Shown here one piece after another: positions 45,289-58,749 of a stretch of DNA of 64,000 bases. The DNA comes from the human T2T-CHM13v2.0 reference genome, Homo sapiens. The first letter of the stretch is position 1. Each line of letters begins with the position of its first letter. The stretch is from the NCBI RefSeq assembly GCF_009914755.1, contig NC_060929.1. One strand, written 5' to 3'. Under the pieces are notes generated by a model. That model had not been told where the DNA came from. It did not search any database and saw only the letters and a list, made by a program, of their open reading frames with translations. A program made the position numbers and the translations under genes.

Positions 45289-45514
45289 ACTTTGAATAAT
45301 GAGATGAGTACAGATGAAGACAATGAATATGCAGAAGAAAAGGATAGCTACATCTGTGCAGTGTGTCTGGACGTTTATTTCAACCCTTATATGTGTTACC
45401 CTTGCCATCACATCTTCTGTGAGCCCTGCTTACGGACTCTGGCCAAAGACAATCCTTCAAGCACTCCATGCCCATTGTGTCGGACAATTATTTCTAGAGT
45501 CTTTTTCCAAACAG
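45289..45514 (+). CDS. RNF180: RNF180 internal coding exon encoding the C3HC4 RING finger (226 nt, phase 0 to 1)
   Basis: Acceptor ttttcttatgttttgcag|ACT at 45288/45289; donor ACAG|gtaaca at 45514/45515. Translation [75 protein letters not shown] has RING spacing (CxxC...CxH-xx-CxxC...CxxC) and matches RNF180 as I recall it. Confidence 0.93.
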
Positions 45515-46723
45515 GTAACAATTCTCTTTCATTAACATGATTGTCTGATTATTCTACCTCTTATAGTTCTAAAGGTACTTTATAAATTAAAAAGTTACTG
45601 AAAATCACATATACCATAATTTGTTATTCTCCAGTTTATAAAACAGTACTTACCCAACTCATAAAACTGTGAGAATCATAGATGAGAATAGATCCTCATC
45701 TCGAATTCCCTACTGTACACTCAGATCCTTTCTAAAACACTGTAACTAGTAGTTGTTCAGTCTTGGACATTTCTAGTGTTAAGGAAGTTCCATTTGAAGC
45801 AGTGCTGTTGATTATTTATTCCTCATATCTGCCTTCCACTACCCCTTATTCTTTGGTTCTTGTTATTTCCTTTGGAGTCACAGAGAATAAATCCGTAAAT
45901 ATCTAAGTACAATTACTACATCTTTCCCCCAAACTCAAAATTTTCTCAACCTTCTTAATGTTCTTAAGGTTAAGGTCTTTCTCCTTGAACAGGAAAAAAG
46001 TCAAATTGGAGCAAGGATTTGTTGACCTAATTTTCATATAAAGATGTAATATAACACAATATTTAAAATATTAATGAAGAGATAATAATGAATGTGGAAC
46101 ATAGAGAATGACTAAGGGTAGAATGATAGAATTCACTACTAGGTGCTAAATATTAGGTGGGAAATTTTCTATCTTCACATTCTCCTCTCAGCCATAAAGG
46201 AGCCAAATGAGGATCTGAGTATGTACTACATTAATAGTAAAACTGAAGAGAATAAATATATGGTGCGTCTTTCTTCCCTCAAGGAAATACAAGGACCCAC
46301 CTGCTACAGATTTCTCTTAGGGGAAAGGGTTTAAAATGATTGCAACAGCTTTTTATTCTGGTAAAAAAAAAATTATACTCAATTATGAGTACCAAATATT
46401 GTACTACCAGAAACTAAATGGAATTATTAATATGGACAAATTTTAACTAAATCTTATTTAATAGAAACTCCTAAATATTAATATTTGCTAAGCATACATT
46501 GCTTACTATAGTGACTCACATATTGTAAAATCTATAACTCCATTTTGACAAAGTATCAGGTAAAGAAATTTTGTTTTTTGTTTATTTTTGTCTATTTTAT
46601 ATGCCTCTGCCATCAGGCTGCATATTCAGCTGGAGATTGGGACTTCTCAGACTAGTTTGTAACCTTTTAACAGTTCACTAGGAAAAGATGAAAATAAGAT
46701 TCAAATTTACTTTGTTTCATCCA

Positions 46724-48118
46724 TATTTCCGTGAATTTATCGAACCATCCTTGCATTTGTTGGATAAATCCCGCTTGGTCATAGTGTATCATCTTGATGT
46801 GTTGTTGGATTCCGTTTGCTAGTATTTTATTGAGGATTTTTGCATCTATTTTCATCAGGGCTATTGGACTGAAAACTTTTTTTTGTTATTGTCTGTTTTG
46901 GTATCAGAGTTATGTTGGCCTTGTAGAATGAGTTAGGAAGACTTCCCTCTGCTTCAATTTTTTGGAATGGTTTGAGAAGAATTGGTAATAATTCTTCAAA
47001 GATTCAGTAGATTTCGGCAGTGAAGGCCTCCACAGCTGGACTTTTCTATGTTGGAATATTTTTTGTTACTAATTCAATCTCATTACCTGTGATTGGTATT
47101 TGGTTTTCTACTTCCTCTTTGTTCAATCTTGGTAGGTTGTATGTGTCTAGGAATTTATACATTTCCTCTAGGTTTTGAAATTTACTGGTATATATTTTGT
47201 TGTTCATAGTAGTCTTTAATGGTCCTTTGTATTTGGTATGTGTTGTGACATCTTTTTTGTTTCTGATTTTATTTGGGTCTTTTTTTCTTAGTCTAGCTAA
47301 TAGTTTGTCAATTTGGTTTATCTTTCCAAAAAACCAGCTTTTTGTTTTGTTAATTTTGTTGTTGTTTTCTTAGTCTCAATTTCATTTATTTCTACTCTGG
47401 TCTTTATTATTTCTTTCCTTCTAATTTGGGGTTTGGTTTGTTCTTGCTTTTCTGGTTTCTTGAGGTACATACATCATTAGGTCATTTATTTGAAATCCTT
47501 CTAGTGCTTTGATGTATTTATTGCTATGAACTTGCCTCTTAATACTGCTTTTGCTGTGTCCTGTAGCTTTTGGCGTATTATATTTCTATTTTCACTTGTT
47601 TCACATACTTTTTAAATTTAAATTTCTTTCTTCATACATTTGTCATTCAGGAGCATATTGTTCAATGTCCACATATTTGTATAGTTTCTAATGTTCCTCT
47701 TTTTGATGTCCAGTTTTATTCCATTGTGACCAAATAAGCTATTTGACATAACTTCAAGTTTTAAAATTTTGTTATACTTCTTTTGTTCTAACACATGGCC
47801 AACCCTAGAGAATGGTCCATGTGCTGATGAAAGGAGTGTGTAATCTACTGCTGTTGGGTGACATGTTCTGTAAATGTCTGCTAAGTCCATTGGGTCTGTG
47901 GTGCAGCTTAAATCCAATGTTTGTTAATTTTCTGTCTAGATCTGTGCAATGCTGGGAATGAGTTATTAAAGTCTCCAACTGTTATTGTATTGAGATCTAT
48001 CTCTCTCTCTTTAGATCTAATAATACTTGCTTTTATCTGGGTGTTCCAGTGTTTGGATACATTTTTATAATATTTATAATTATTATATTCTCTTGCTGAA
48101 CTGATTCCTTTATTGTAA
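46724..48118 (-). mobile_element. Old L1 ORF2 fragment
   Basis: ORFs 46667-46855 ([18 protein letters not shown]) and 47618-47917 (MDLADIYRTCHP...SAHGPFSRVGH). Confidence 0.9.
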
Positions 48119-48125
48119 TTTTCCA

Positions 48126-48178
48126 GAAGGAGGAGGAAGAGGGAGAGGAAAAGGAAGGGAAGGGAAGGAATAATAAGA
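48126..48178 (+). repeat. Polypurine (GA-rich) low-complexity tract
   Basis: agaaggaggaggaagagggagaggaaaaggaagggaagggaagg. Confidence 0.8.
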
Positions 48179-49416
48179 ATCCTTAAGTTGCAAACTGTTC
48201 ACCTTCGTTTGTATTATCTGCCATGACACACCACATGGATCTCATTTCCAAGGACATTTAGAAAGTTGTGAGTCAATTTTCCCAAGAGTTAATACAATAC
48301 CACTTTTTTGGGGGGGATTTTTAACTTCTCAGAAAATACCCTGAATCATAGTTATCAGTTCTTAAGTCCTAAGAAAAAGACCAGTATTACTGTAAATGAA
48401 TATGTTATTTGATAACTTCTTTCACTTTCTTCATCAATATGAATGACACTGACAAGCCCCTTCAACCAAGTGATAGTGTCATAACCATCTTACACTAAAG
48501 GGCTATAACTGGGCAGTGGGAAAAGTGGACTTTAATAAAACAGCTATGCATTGCTGCAGAAACCCTTGAGAGAATATCTAACTTGAAATGATTAACTTTT
48601 AAACATATGAAGGATTTTTAAATGCACTGTAGTCATATCAACTCTCTAGCATACATGATGAGCATGAAAATACCTTTTCTCTAACTTGTATGCTGGTTCG
48701 TGGGTGTGCAATTGGGAAGGGAGTTAGAGTTGCAGGTTTAATAGATAACTTCAGTTGCCTAGAGTAGTGTATTTTTTACATTTGTCCTTTTGTTGTTAAT
48801 TGTAAACTTTGTGAATCAGTTTTCCCTTTAAATTTCTTAGGTAAAAATCAACCCAAGGCAGTGATTAAGAAAAATTGAGAAAATTTAATTCAAATCACTT
48901 GAGCCAAAGCTTAAGGCAGTTGAAGTAGGATGGAAACTGAGGAAATGCTACAGGTGATCATTGCGGGATGAAAGTAAGAGGGGATGGTTGATGGAAAGCC
49001 TAGTTTACTTCTCAGGTTAGTAACTAGCTCTGCACCAGCCTAAGAGGTTGTTCTCAGATCATGGTTTGCTTTCTATGGTTCAGATATAAAGAGTTTCTAC
49101 CGTTTAAAATGAATACCATCATATATGTTCTCCAGTTGGTCTGTGTGTACTTCAAACGACTATATCCTTTTTAACTCATTAGTAAGCTTCTGAATGGTTA
49201 TTTTCATATTTTTAAAATTACCTCAAGTATATAGCAATAGACTCAGGTGGTCAACCCATCACATATAGAATGAAATAGATTATGAAGTTTAAAGTTCTAC
49301 AAGTGTTTTTCCTTTTCACTATCACTCCTGAGCTCAGATTACACTCTAGCTATTCTGTTGTTACACTCATAACACATTATTCTCCTTTTTTGTCCACCTG
49401 TTTATTTCTTTTAGAC

Positions 49417-50066
<650 letters not shown>

Positions 50067-50383
50067 TTTTAGACTACAGTTGTTTTAAGGTGAGGGACGA
50101 TGTCCTATTTATCATTATATACTCTATACTGCTTGACATAGGAGCTACTCAGTAGATTTATGTTCTATGTGTAGGCATGTCAAAGTTGCACCAAATGTGA
50201 ACTTGAGGAAGTTGTATTTGCTTGAGTAAAGAAAAAAATGTTGAATCTATTTTTGTCTTCACTGACTTAAAGAGGTGTGAATTGTATCAAATAGTATCAA
50301 AATACTACAGTATTCACTTGTCATTTTCTTGCCATTTTACTCAAATTAATTTCAAAATCCTATTTTCTTTTGCTTTATTCTAG

Positions 50384-50509
50384 AATTGAACAATGCCACA
50401 AAAACTTTCTTTACTAAAGAATATTTGAAAATAAAACAAAGCTTTCAGAAATCCAACTCTGCAAAATGGCCCCTACCAAGCTGCAGAAAAGCATTTCATC
50501 TTTTTGGAG
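50384..50509 (+). CDS. RNF180: RNF180 next coding exon (126 nt, phase 1 to 1), basic region after the RING
   Basis: Acceptor tattttcttttgctttattctag|AA; donor GGAG|gtaagg. G from the previous exon + AA = Glu, then [41 protein letters not shown](G), open and in frame with the RING exon. Too short for the ORF track. Confidence 0.92.
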
Positions 50510-50814
50510 GTAAGGAAATCTAACGCCAAAAAAAAAGTCTGGTAATTTTGTCTAAGGTCTGTTCTTAAAAGTAACTTCCTGCTGTCTCAGAAATATTAGG
50601 GGAAACATATTTCTGTATTAATCAATTTTAAATAAGGATTTTGCTAAGTATCTCCTTGCTGAAAACTACAGATGTACAAATGAAGAAAATGAAGACTATA
50701 CAATAAGAGCAAATCCGAAGACTCATGACTAAATTGACTTTGCCATGCTATCACTGTTTAGTACATAGATAATGAAAATACGTCTCAAAAGTATCAGATT
50801 TGACAAAGTCATAT

Positions 50815-52362
50815 TTATGGCAGCGGCAGCCCATCTGGAACAGCTGCTACTATGAAGCCAGCTGCAGTCGGGGAGGCACAAGCCAGGGCTGCACATTCCA
50901 CAGAGCTGGCAGGAGCCAGGAACAGGTGGGAGCCCTGCCCCTTTCCAAGTTAGCAGGGTGGGAGCCCTGCCTACCCAGGCAAAGTTGCAGCCACCCAGCC
51001 ATGGCTTCGGACCGAGACATCCTTGTACTCTTGGGGACTGGGGAAGCCCCCTTGCCCCTGCAGGCTCAGAAATGCCTACTCCTGCTGCCTGGCCTCTCCA
51101 TGCTCCTGGCACCCACTCCAATTTCACAGCAAAGTTGAAGCCAAGCCCAGGCACTGTCGCAACCCAGCCAAGTGTGTACACTCTCAGGGCAGTCCTGACA
51201 TGCCAGCCCCCTGCTGCCTAGGCCCACTCCAAACTCTGGGTGCTGACAAGCATGGGAGGAAGGCTGAGGGGAGCTGAGGGCAGCTCAGCGCAACCTGCAT
51301 ACACCGCTTGGCAAGAATAGCTTGGGCACTGTGGGCACCGTGGATGGCAGGTTGATGGTGGCAGGAGGCAGACAGGCTCCTGGGCAGAAAGGGGACAGGT
51401 CCCTGGTAAAGCCCCACCTTCTTCAAACCTGAAGACTGGGGGCTGGGCTGTCAGTTCTGTGGACCAGAGTGAGAACTTACAGTGCTTTTTCCAGGCCTGC
51501 CTATGGCCACCCATGAACCAGTCAGCATGCACTTCCTCCCCTCTTTAGCCCATAAAAACCCTGGACTCAGCCAGACTCAGGCAGACAGTGGGACAACCTA
51601 CCTGACAATATGACCTGTGAGTCTCCTCTCCACTGAGGGCTGTAGAGACAGCGGGACAACCTGCCTGTGAATAGGAGATACCCACTGTGGGTCTCCTGAG
51701 AACTGTTCTACCACTCAGTGAAGCTCCTCTCCACCTTGCTTACCCTCCAGTTGTCTGCATACCTCATTCCTCCTGAATGTGGGACAAGAACTCAGGACCT
51801 GCTGAGTGGCAGGACTAAAAGAACTGTAACACAATAAGGGCTGAAACACACCCCCGCCCCATGCTCGCCACATTGACGGTGACAAGACAAGAAGAGCTGC
51901 AGCCCTTTGAGGAGCCCAGATGTAGAGATCCCTGAGCCAGGGCTGTGACACCCTCCTTGGGGTTCTGCAGTTCCTGGAGTCTCCAAGCTTCCAGGCACCA
52001 CTGCATTTACCTCGTCCTGACTCGGGTGCCCACAGCAGAAGCCGCATGAAGTATATCTCATCCAGCCACAGCCACACACAGAGCCAACACCTGGAGCTCC
52101 CTGCCCCGCCACAGCAGCCAGCATGCCTGGCTGTGCACAGTGGCTGGACCTCACGCTTGCTCAACCACACACCCCTTGCCATTCTGCACCTGGCTTGCAC
52201 TTGGCAGATGTGGGATCTGAGCCAGTAGTAAGAGCCAAGCACAGCCTGCCAGGCCAAGTGGGTTGAACTGGCCCAGCAGGCACAAGCAGTACTCAGGCAG
52301 AAGATGCCGTCAGCTACAGAGGTTTCTGGCTGGTGAAGTGACACCCTAGGGATCCTGTGACA
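50815..52362 (+). mobile_element. MER52 ERV1 solo LTR
   Basis: GC-rich 1.55 kb starting atggcagcggcagcccatctgga, with cccataaaaaccc and repeated gggacaacct.cctg units; ends cagaggtttctggctgg...gatcctgtgaca; 4-bp flanks atat/atag. Confidence 0.85.
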
Positions 52363-52945
52363 ATAGTTAACAAAGGCACCAGTACTCTGTATAAAGATTC
52401 CTAATAATGCGTTCATTAGCAGAAGCTCTATTTATTTAGTTTTAATATTTTATAGTTGTCCCACAAGTTTAAAACAAATAGAAAGTAACAGAGCCTTGGT
52501 GTCAGGGTGTCTTAGAGATGTGCAGTGGTCAAGGAATACCAATTTCTGGCTTTAGGTCTAAGTTATCAACATGACTTCAGCGATATCATAGGATCTCTGT
52601 TTTGATCTGTAAAATAGGAATAATTATGTCTTCCTCACCTAACTAATATAGTAGTAAAGATTAAATGGGCTAATGTGAAAGTACATTGTAAATTATAACT
52701 AATTGGAATATAAAAATATAAGGAATGAAGGTAATGCAATATCTAATACCTTTTTCTGCTTTGGGAATTTGTTACTATATGAACATACAATATGGACATA
52801 AAATATAATTTCATCTTTTATGAAACCGTAGTTTATCAAAGCATGAACTACTGTGCAGTTTTCGTTATTTAACAATTATGACATTATGGGACCTGGTAGA
52901 AAAGTCCAGATATGAGGAACTGTGATCTTCAGGGAACAGGAGGAA

Positions 52946-53056
52946 CTTCTGCATAAGACCAACAAAATCAGTACAGCTACTACCTACACCAAAAGGAGGT
53001 TGGTCTTCTGCGTAAGACCAACAAGATCAGTACAGTACTACCTACACCAAAAGGAG
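52946..53056 (+). repeat. Tandem duplication (53 bp and 52 bp) with a 6-bp spacer
   Basis: cttctgc(a/g)taagaccaacaa(a/g)atcagtacag(c)tactacctacaccaaaaggag twice (52946-52998 and 53005-53056), spacer gttggt. Confidence 0.95.
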
Positions 53057-53242
53057 ATAGAAGCAGAGCCCCTATGATTGTGGCAAAAGAAAAATTGGTG
53101 CATGAAATTGGTACTCTCAAAGAAAGTAACATAAGAATATAACTTTACACAGTGATTTGAATGAAGAAAATAGTTTAAGGACATTATATAAGCACATACT
53201 ACTTTATAAAGTGGTCAGTAACTGTAAAAATTTAATATCTAG

Positions 53243-53573
<331 letters not shown>

Positions 53574-56500
53574 ATAGATAGGTTTTAATAGGTCACATTT
53601 AGCCCCCAAAATATGAAATCAAATGTAAGAAATCGAGTCTTAAAGGATTTCATACCAAAGAAAAGTAAGTTTATTATTTTAAGAGTGTTCTTCAAAACAG
53701 TCCCTTGTATTCTACCTTCTATGCTATACCCAAAGTTCTAAAAGAATGGAGTACCTTCTGGATAACTCTACACTTTCCCTTGTCTTTTTGTATTCTGAGG
53801 TAGTACAGAAGCTATAATTTAAAGCAGTTGCTTCCTTGTGATTTCTTCTTGTCTTCCCCATAGGAGTTCCAAATAACTTAATTTTTTAAGTGTGTGTTTA
53901 TGAAGGAGGTTCAAAGTAGCATTATTACACCACCCAACATAAGAAATATATATATTCTATCAGGAGCTCAGCTGAGCTGGGAAAGAGCTGAGTTATCAGG
54001 TGTCTGGAGTAGCCGATTAAAGTATCAAGCCAAAAATGAAGGAGTTAAGCCTTTAATCATTTACTGCAATAGTATAACCAAGAGTCTAAAACCAGAGGAA
54101 ATGCTGTCTCCTCCTGTTCAATTATCTCATGCAACAGTGCACACTGGTCCAGGGCCACATAGAGCAGGGCAGAAGTAAGGATTCACTCACTGTTGAGAAT
54201 GTCCCAAACAAAAGGCTCCAGCAGTTTTTCAGACCCTGAGGTCAGGAGGATTGGCAAAGAGGAAAGGCTAGGAGTAGGAAAGCAATGGGCACTGAGTCAG
54301 AGTGGAGAAAAGTGTTTCCCCCTCCAACCTCCATAAGAAAGCCTTTGTAGAGACACAGAAGGACCTCTGCCCAAGCCGTCAGATAGATATAAGTAGTAAC
54401 AAAGGTGCTGGGAATATGAATATAAATACGTAAAAGTGTATATGCAGCCAGGGGAGCCTGAGAACTTGACTGCAGCTCCCTTCAGAGATTGTAATGCACT
54501 GGTTGTACAACAAATCTGGCTTTTTCCCATGAATCCTGCCAGATAAAGCCTTTGTAATGGTCTGTTGAGGCCTGAAAAAAAATCGCACATAGGATTTTAA
54601 TCAGGAACTGTACTCCTCAATTACCAATATTATTGAAGCACCTTCTGTAGTTCTTCTTTGTTTACCCTGATTCCCCTGAATTTTGTATTTATCATTTCTT
54701 TGTATAAGTATACATATGTATACTTAATCATGTTACTTAATTTTGCTTGTCTTTTAACTTTTATAATGGTAGCAATGTATATATTCTGCTTTGCTTTGTC
54801 ATTCAATATTTTTCTCAAATCCATTTCAGTAAGTGTGGCCACATTCTTCTTACTACTACACTGTAGTCAATTATGTGAAAATGCCCCAACCCAACTTATC
54901 CATTCTCTTGTTGATGAACAATTGAGTGGTCCAATTTTTATTATAAACAGTGTTTCTATAAACACTCTTGTGATGTCTCCTGGAACATAAGAGTTACTCT
55001 AGAATAAATGCCAGGTAGAAACTGGCTGGGTCATAGGAAAAGCACATCTTTAACTTCATAACCTACCCAAAACCGTTTTCCTAAATGGCTGTGATGATTT
55101 ATCACCAGCTTTGTCTACCACATTTGGTATTTTCAGTCTTTTAGATTTTACTGATTTGATAGGTAGAAAATGATATCTCATTGGGGTTTTAATTTCCATT
55201 ACTGTGATTACTGATGGGGGTTGAACATATCTTTATATGTGTATTGATCATTAAATTTCTTCATCTGTGAAATGCTTTTTTACGATTTTCTGTTGGTTGT
55301 ATTTTTTTGTTGTTTAAGAATGTTAAAATATTTTCTAGTGACTTTTTTTCTGTTGGTTATATGAATGGCAGTTATTGTCTCCCAGTCTGTGGGTTCTTTT
55401 TACTTTGATATATTTTAATGAATTGTAGTTCTTCAATTTCTTCATCTTTCTGGTGTGTACTTGCTTAAGAAATTCTTCTCTTTCCCCAAGGTCATAAAGA
55501 TATTTTCTTATGTATTTTTCAAATAATTTGAAAGATCTTTGAAACTGATTTGTGTTAATTTTTTTTTTATTGATTTACTTTCTTTGTTGTAGGTAGAGAC
55601 CCAGTTTCTTTGGATTTTTTTCCTACCACCATTTGTTGAAAATAATGTATCATTTCCTCACTGATCTACAGTACTAATCTGTCATATTTTAATTTCCACA
55701 CTTGGGTCTGTTTTGAGGTCTTTGAGTCCATTGGTATAATTTTTTATTCCTATAGCAATACCATACTGTTTCAGTCACTAAAAACTTAGTAAGTTTTGAT
55801 ATCCCCCCTTCCAATTTGTTTTGCTGCAAGAGTGTCTTGGCCATTTTTTGGCCCTTTGCTCTTCCATATAAATTTTTAAATCACCTGGTCAAGCTGCATG
55901 AAAAACTATGTTCTACTTGGGAAATGGGGTCCTATTAAATGTATAAATCAATTTGGGGAGTATTGATACCTTAGAGTAAAAGTACTTCTATCAGTGTTGT
56001 TTATCTCTTCATTTGTTTAGATCTCCTTTGATGTCCTATAATAAAGTTTTATAATGTTTTTATAAATATCTCGCACATCTTTTGGCTAGATTTATTCCCA
56101 TGTACTTGCTATGTTGTCCTCTTCTCTCCTTTTTTGAAACTTCAGTGCAGAAAAATTGTCCTAGTCACACTTAATTTATGGCATACCATCATCACTGTTC
56201 CACATACTCATTTGTTTTCTTTTTATCCCCATATCCTTCTTTCTACTTCACTCTCATCCCATAGCCAACCATTATATTGGGTTTACTTAATGTGTGTCAT
56301 TTTGTGTTCTTATAGAATGTATATTGTTTCTGCACATATATTTTTAATTTGTGAAAATGGTCTTATATATTGCATTGTTTCTCTTTCACCTAGCACTGCC
56401 CTTTAGATCCATCCAAGTGGTTATGCGTACCTCTAATCTGTGACTTCTAATTAATGCTCTACTAAGGTGTGCATTTACCATATTTTGTCTATCTATTCAC

Positions 56501-57085
56501 TTTCTAGAATACTTCCAACTCTCTGCCACAATAAAAACACTCTAATGAATATCCTACTGTGGGCTGTGAATATCTATTTGGTATATAGGCTCCAAAGCAG
56601 AATGTCTGGGTCATAGGATATGAGTATGCTTGACTAAATATTGCCAACAGTTCTCCCAAATGACTAGCCTAGACACCTATTATCAGTGTGTAAGGTTGGG
56701 AAAAATTAGCACTATGGAAAATGTTGACAGGGAATGAGAATTAGAAACCCTCATTTTAATTTACATTCATCTGATAATAGTTTAAGGTCATTTTAAATAT
56801 TAGCCTTTCAGATGCCTCTTTTGTAGTTACTTTGCTTATTTTACTATGGGGGTTTCTGCCCTTATTGGTTTTATAAAATTTCTTTTATATTCTAGATATT
56901 AATTTTTTATTTACTTTAGACATTACAAATTTCTTCTGCCATTTTTATCATCTACATATTGTTTGTCCATGGTATCTTTCATTGTAAGGAATTCTTAACT
57001 TTGATATAATTAAATGTTTTTCGCTTTGTGTCTTAAATTTTTATTTAGGTTCTTCCCTATTCCCAGACCACAGAGGTTTTCACTT

Positions 57086-57411
57086 TGATTTTCTTTTTTT
57101 GTTGTTGTTTTTTTTTTGTTTTTGTTTTTGTTTTTGTTTTTTTTGAGACAACGTCTCACTCTGTTACCCAGGCTGGAGTGCAGTGGTATGATCGGCAGCC
57201 TCAACCTTCCAATTCAGGCAATTCTCCCACCTCAGACTCCTGAGTAGCTGGGACTACAGGAGCACACCACCATGCCTGGCTGATTTTGTTTTTGTAGACA
57301 CAGGCTCTCACTATGTTGCCTAGGCTGGTCTTGAACTCCTAGCTCAAGCAATCCTCCTTCCTCGGCCTCCCAAAGTGCTAGGATTACAGGCATGAGCCAC
57401 CCTGCCAAGCC
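57086..57411 (-). mobile_element. AluJ-like with (TTTTTG)n tail
   Basis: gagacaacgtctcactctgttacccaggctgg...tctcactatgttgcctaggctggtcttgaactcctagctcaagcaatcctcc. Confidence 0.92.
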
Positions 57412-57597
57412 TCGCTTAGATGTTTTAAATATTTATTTTGTAGTTTTACTTTTTCGGTCTTTATCTAGAATCTTCCCCTTATATTTTGTTAAAGGTTCAA
57501 CATCTGTCTTTTTTCATATAATAGCCTACTTTTCTGAATATTATACAATCTTGCTGAGATTTTTATATGGTTTCCTATTGTTGTCTAGAAATATATT

Positions 57598-58205
57598 TTT
57601 TTGCAATCTTTTTTATTTTTTATTATACTTTAAGTTTTAGGGTACATGTGCACAATGTGCAGGTTAGTTACATAAGTATACATGTGCCGTGCTGGTGTGC
57701 TGCACCCATTAACTCATCATTTAGCATTAGATATATCTCTTAATGCTATCCCTCCACCCTCCCCCCACCCCACAACAGTCCCCAGAGTGTGATGTTCCCC
57801 TTTCTGTGTCCATGTGTTCTCATTGTTCAATTCCCACCTATGAGTGAGAACATGCGGTGTTTGGTTTTTTGTCCTTGCGATAGTTTACTGAGAATGATGA
57901 TTTCCAGTTTCATCCATGTCCCTACAAAGGACATGAACTCATCTCTTTTATGGCTGCATAGTATTCCATGGTGTATATGTGCCACATTTTCTTAATCCAA
58001 TCTATCATTGTTGGACATTTGGGTTGGTTCCAAGTCTTTGCTATTGTGAATAGTGCTGCAATAAACATACGTATGCATGTGTCTTTATAGCAGCATGATT
58101 TATAGTCCTTTGGGTATATACCCAGTAATGGGATGGCTGGGTCAAATGGTATTTCTAGTTCTAGATCCCTGAGGAATCGCCACACTGACTTCCACAATGG
58201 TTGAA
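57598..58205 (-). mobile_element. Young 5'-truncated L1PA (about PA3) 3' end
   Basis: ttattatactttaagttttagggtacatgtgcac...; ORF 57922-58197 WRFLRDLELEIPFDPAIPLLGIYP; TSD gaaatatatt at 57588-57597 and 58203-58212. Confidence 0.95.
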
Positions 58206-58455
58206 ATATATTGATATTGGTATGTTGTTATCATATTTAACAACCTTACGAAATTGTCTTATTAAGTCTAATTATTTATAAGGTTTTTGTGGCTTTCAGT
58301 GAAGACAATATTAAATAAGGACAATTTTATATCTTTCAATTTAATGCATATGCTTTTTTCTCTTTGCACTTACCAGACTTTCTGAGCTAGGACTTCTATT
58401 TGATTTTGAACGGAAAAAGTAATCATAGCATCCTGATTTTAAAAGGAATGCTTTT

Positions 58456-58749
58456 GGCTGGGCGCAGTGGCTCATGCCTGTAATCCCAACACTTTGGGAG
58501 GCCGAGGCAGGCGGATCACGAGGTCAGGAGATCGAGACCATCCTGGCTAACACGGTGAAACCCCGTCTCTACTAAAAATACAAAAAAATTAGCCTGGCGT
58601 GGTGGCGGGTGCCTGTAGTCCCAGCTACTCAGGAGTCTGAGGCAGGAGAATGGCGTGAATCCGGGAGGCAGAGCTTGCAGTGAGTGGAGATCGCGCCACT
58701 GCACTCCAGCCTGAGCAACAAGGCGAGACTCCATCTCAAAAAAAAAAAA
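58456..58749 (+). mobile_element. AluY
   Basis: gatcgagaccatcctggctaacacggtgaaacc; TSD aaaag(g/t)aatgctttt. Confidence 0.95.

Noticed and set aside
45283-45540. 85-aa ORF as a standalone RING gene
   Set aside because: Starts at TTG inside the splice acceptor and runs past a GT donor; it is an internal exon that splices in frame to 50384.
50729-52416. Overlapping long ORFs including the 233-aa ORF 51715-52416
   Set aside because: They lie in the GC-rich MER52 LTR where stops are rare; no recognisable domain or splice context.
52946-53056. CRISPR-like repeat-spacer array
   Set aside because: Only two copies with a 6-bp spacer, eukaryotic context, no cas genes.
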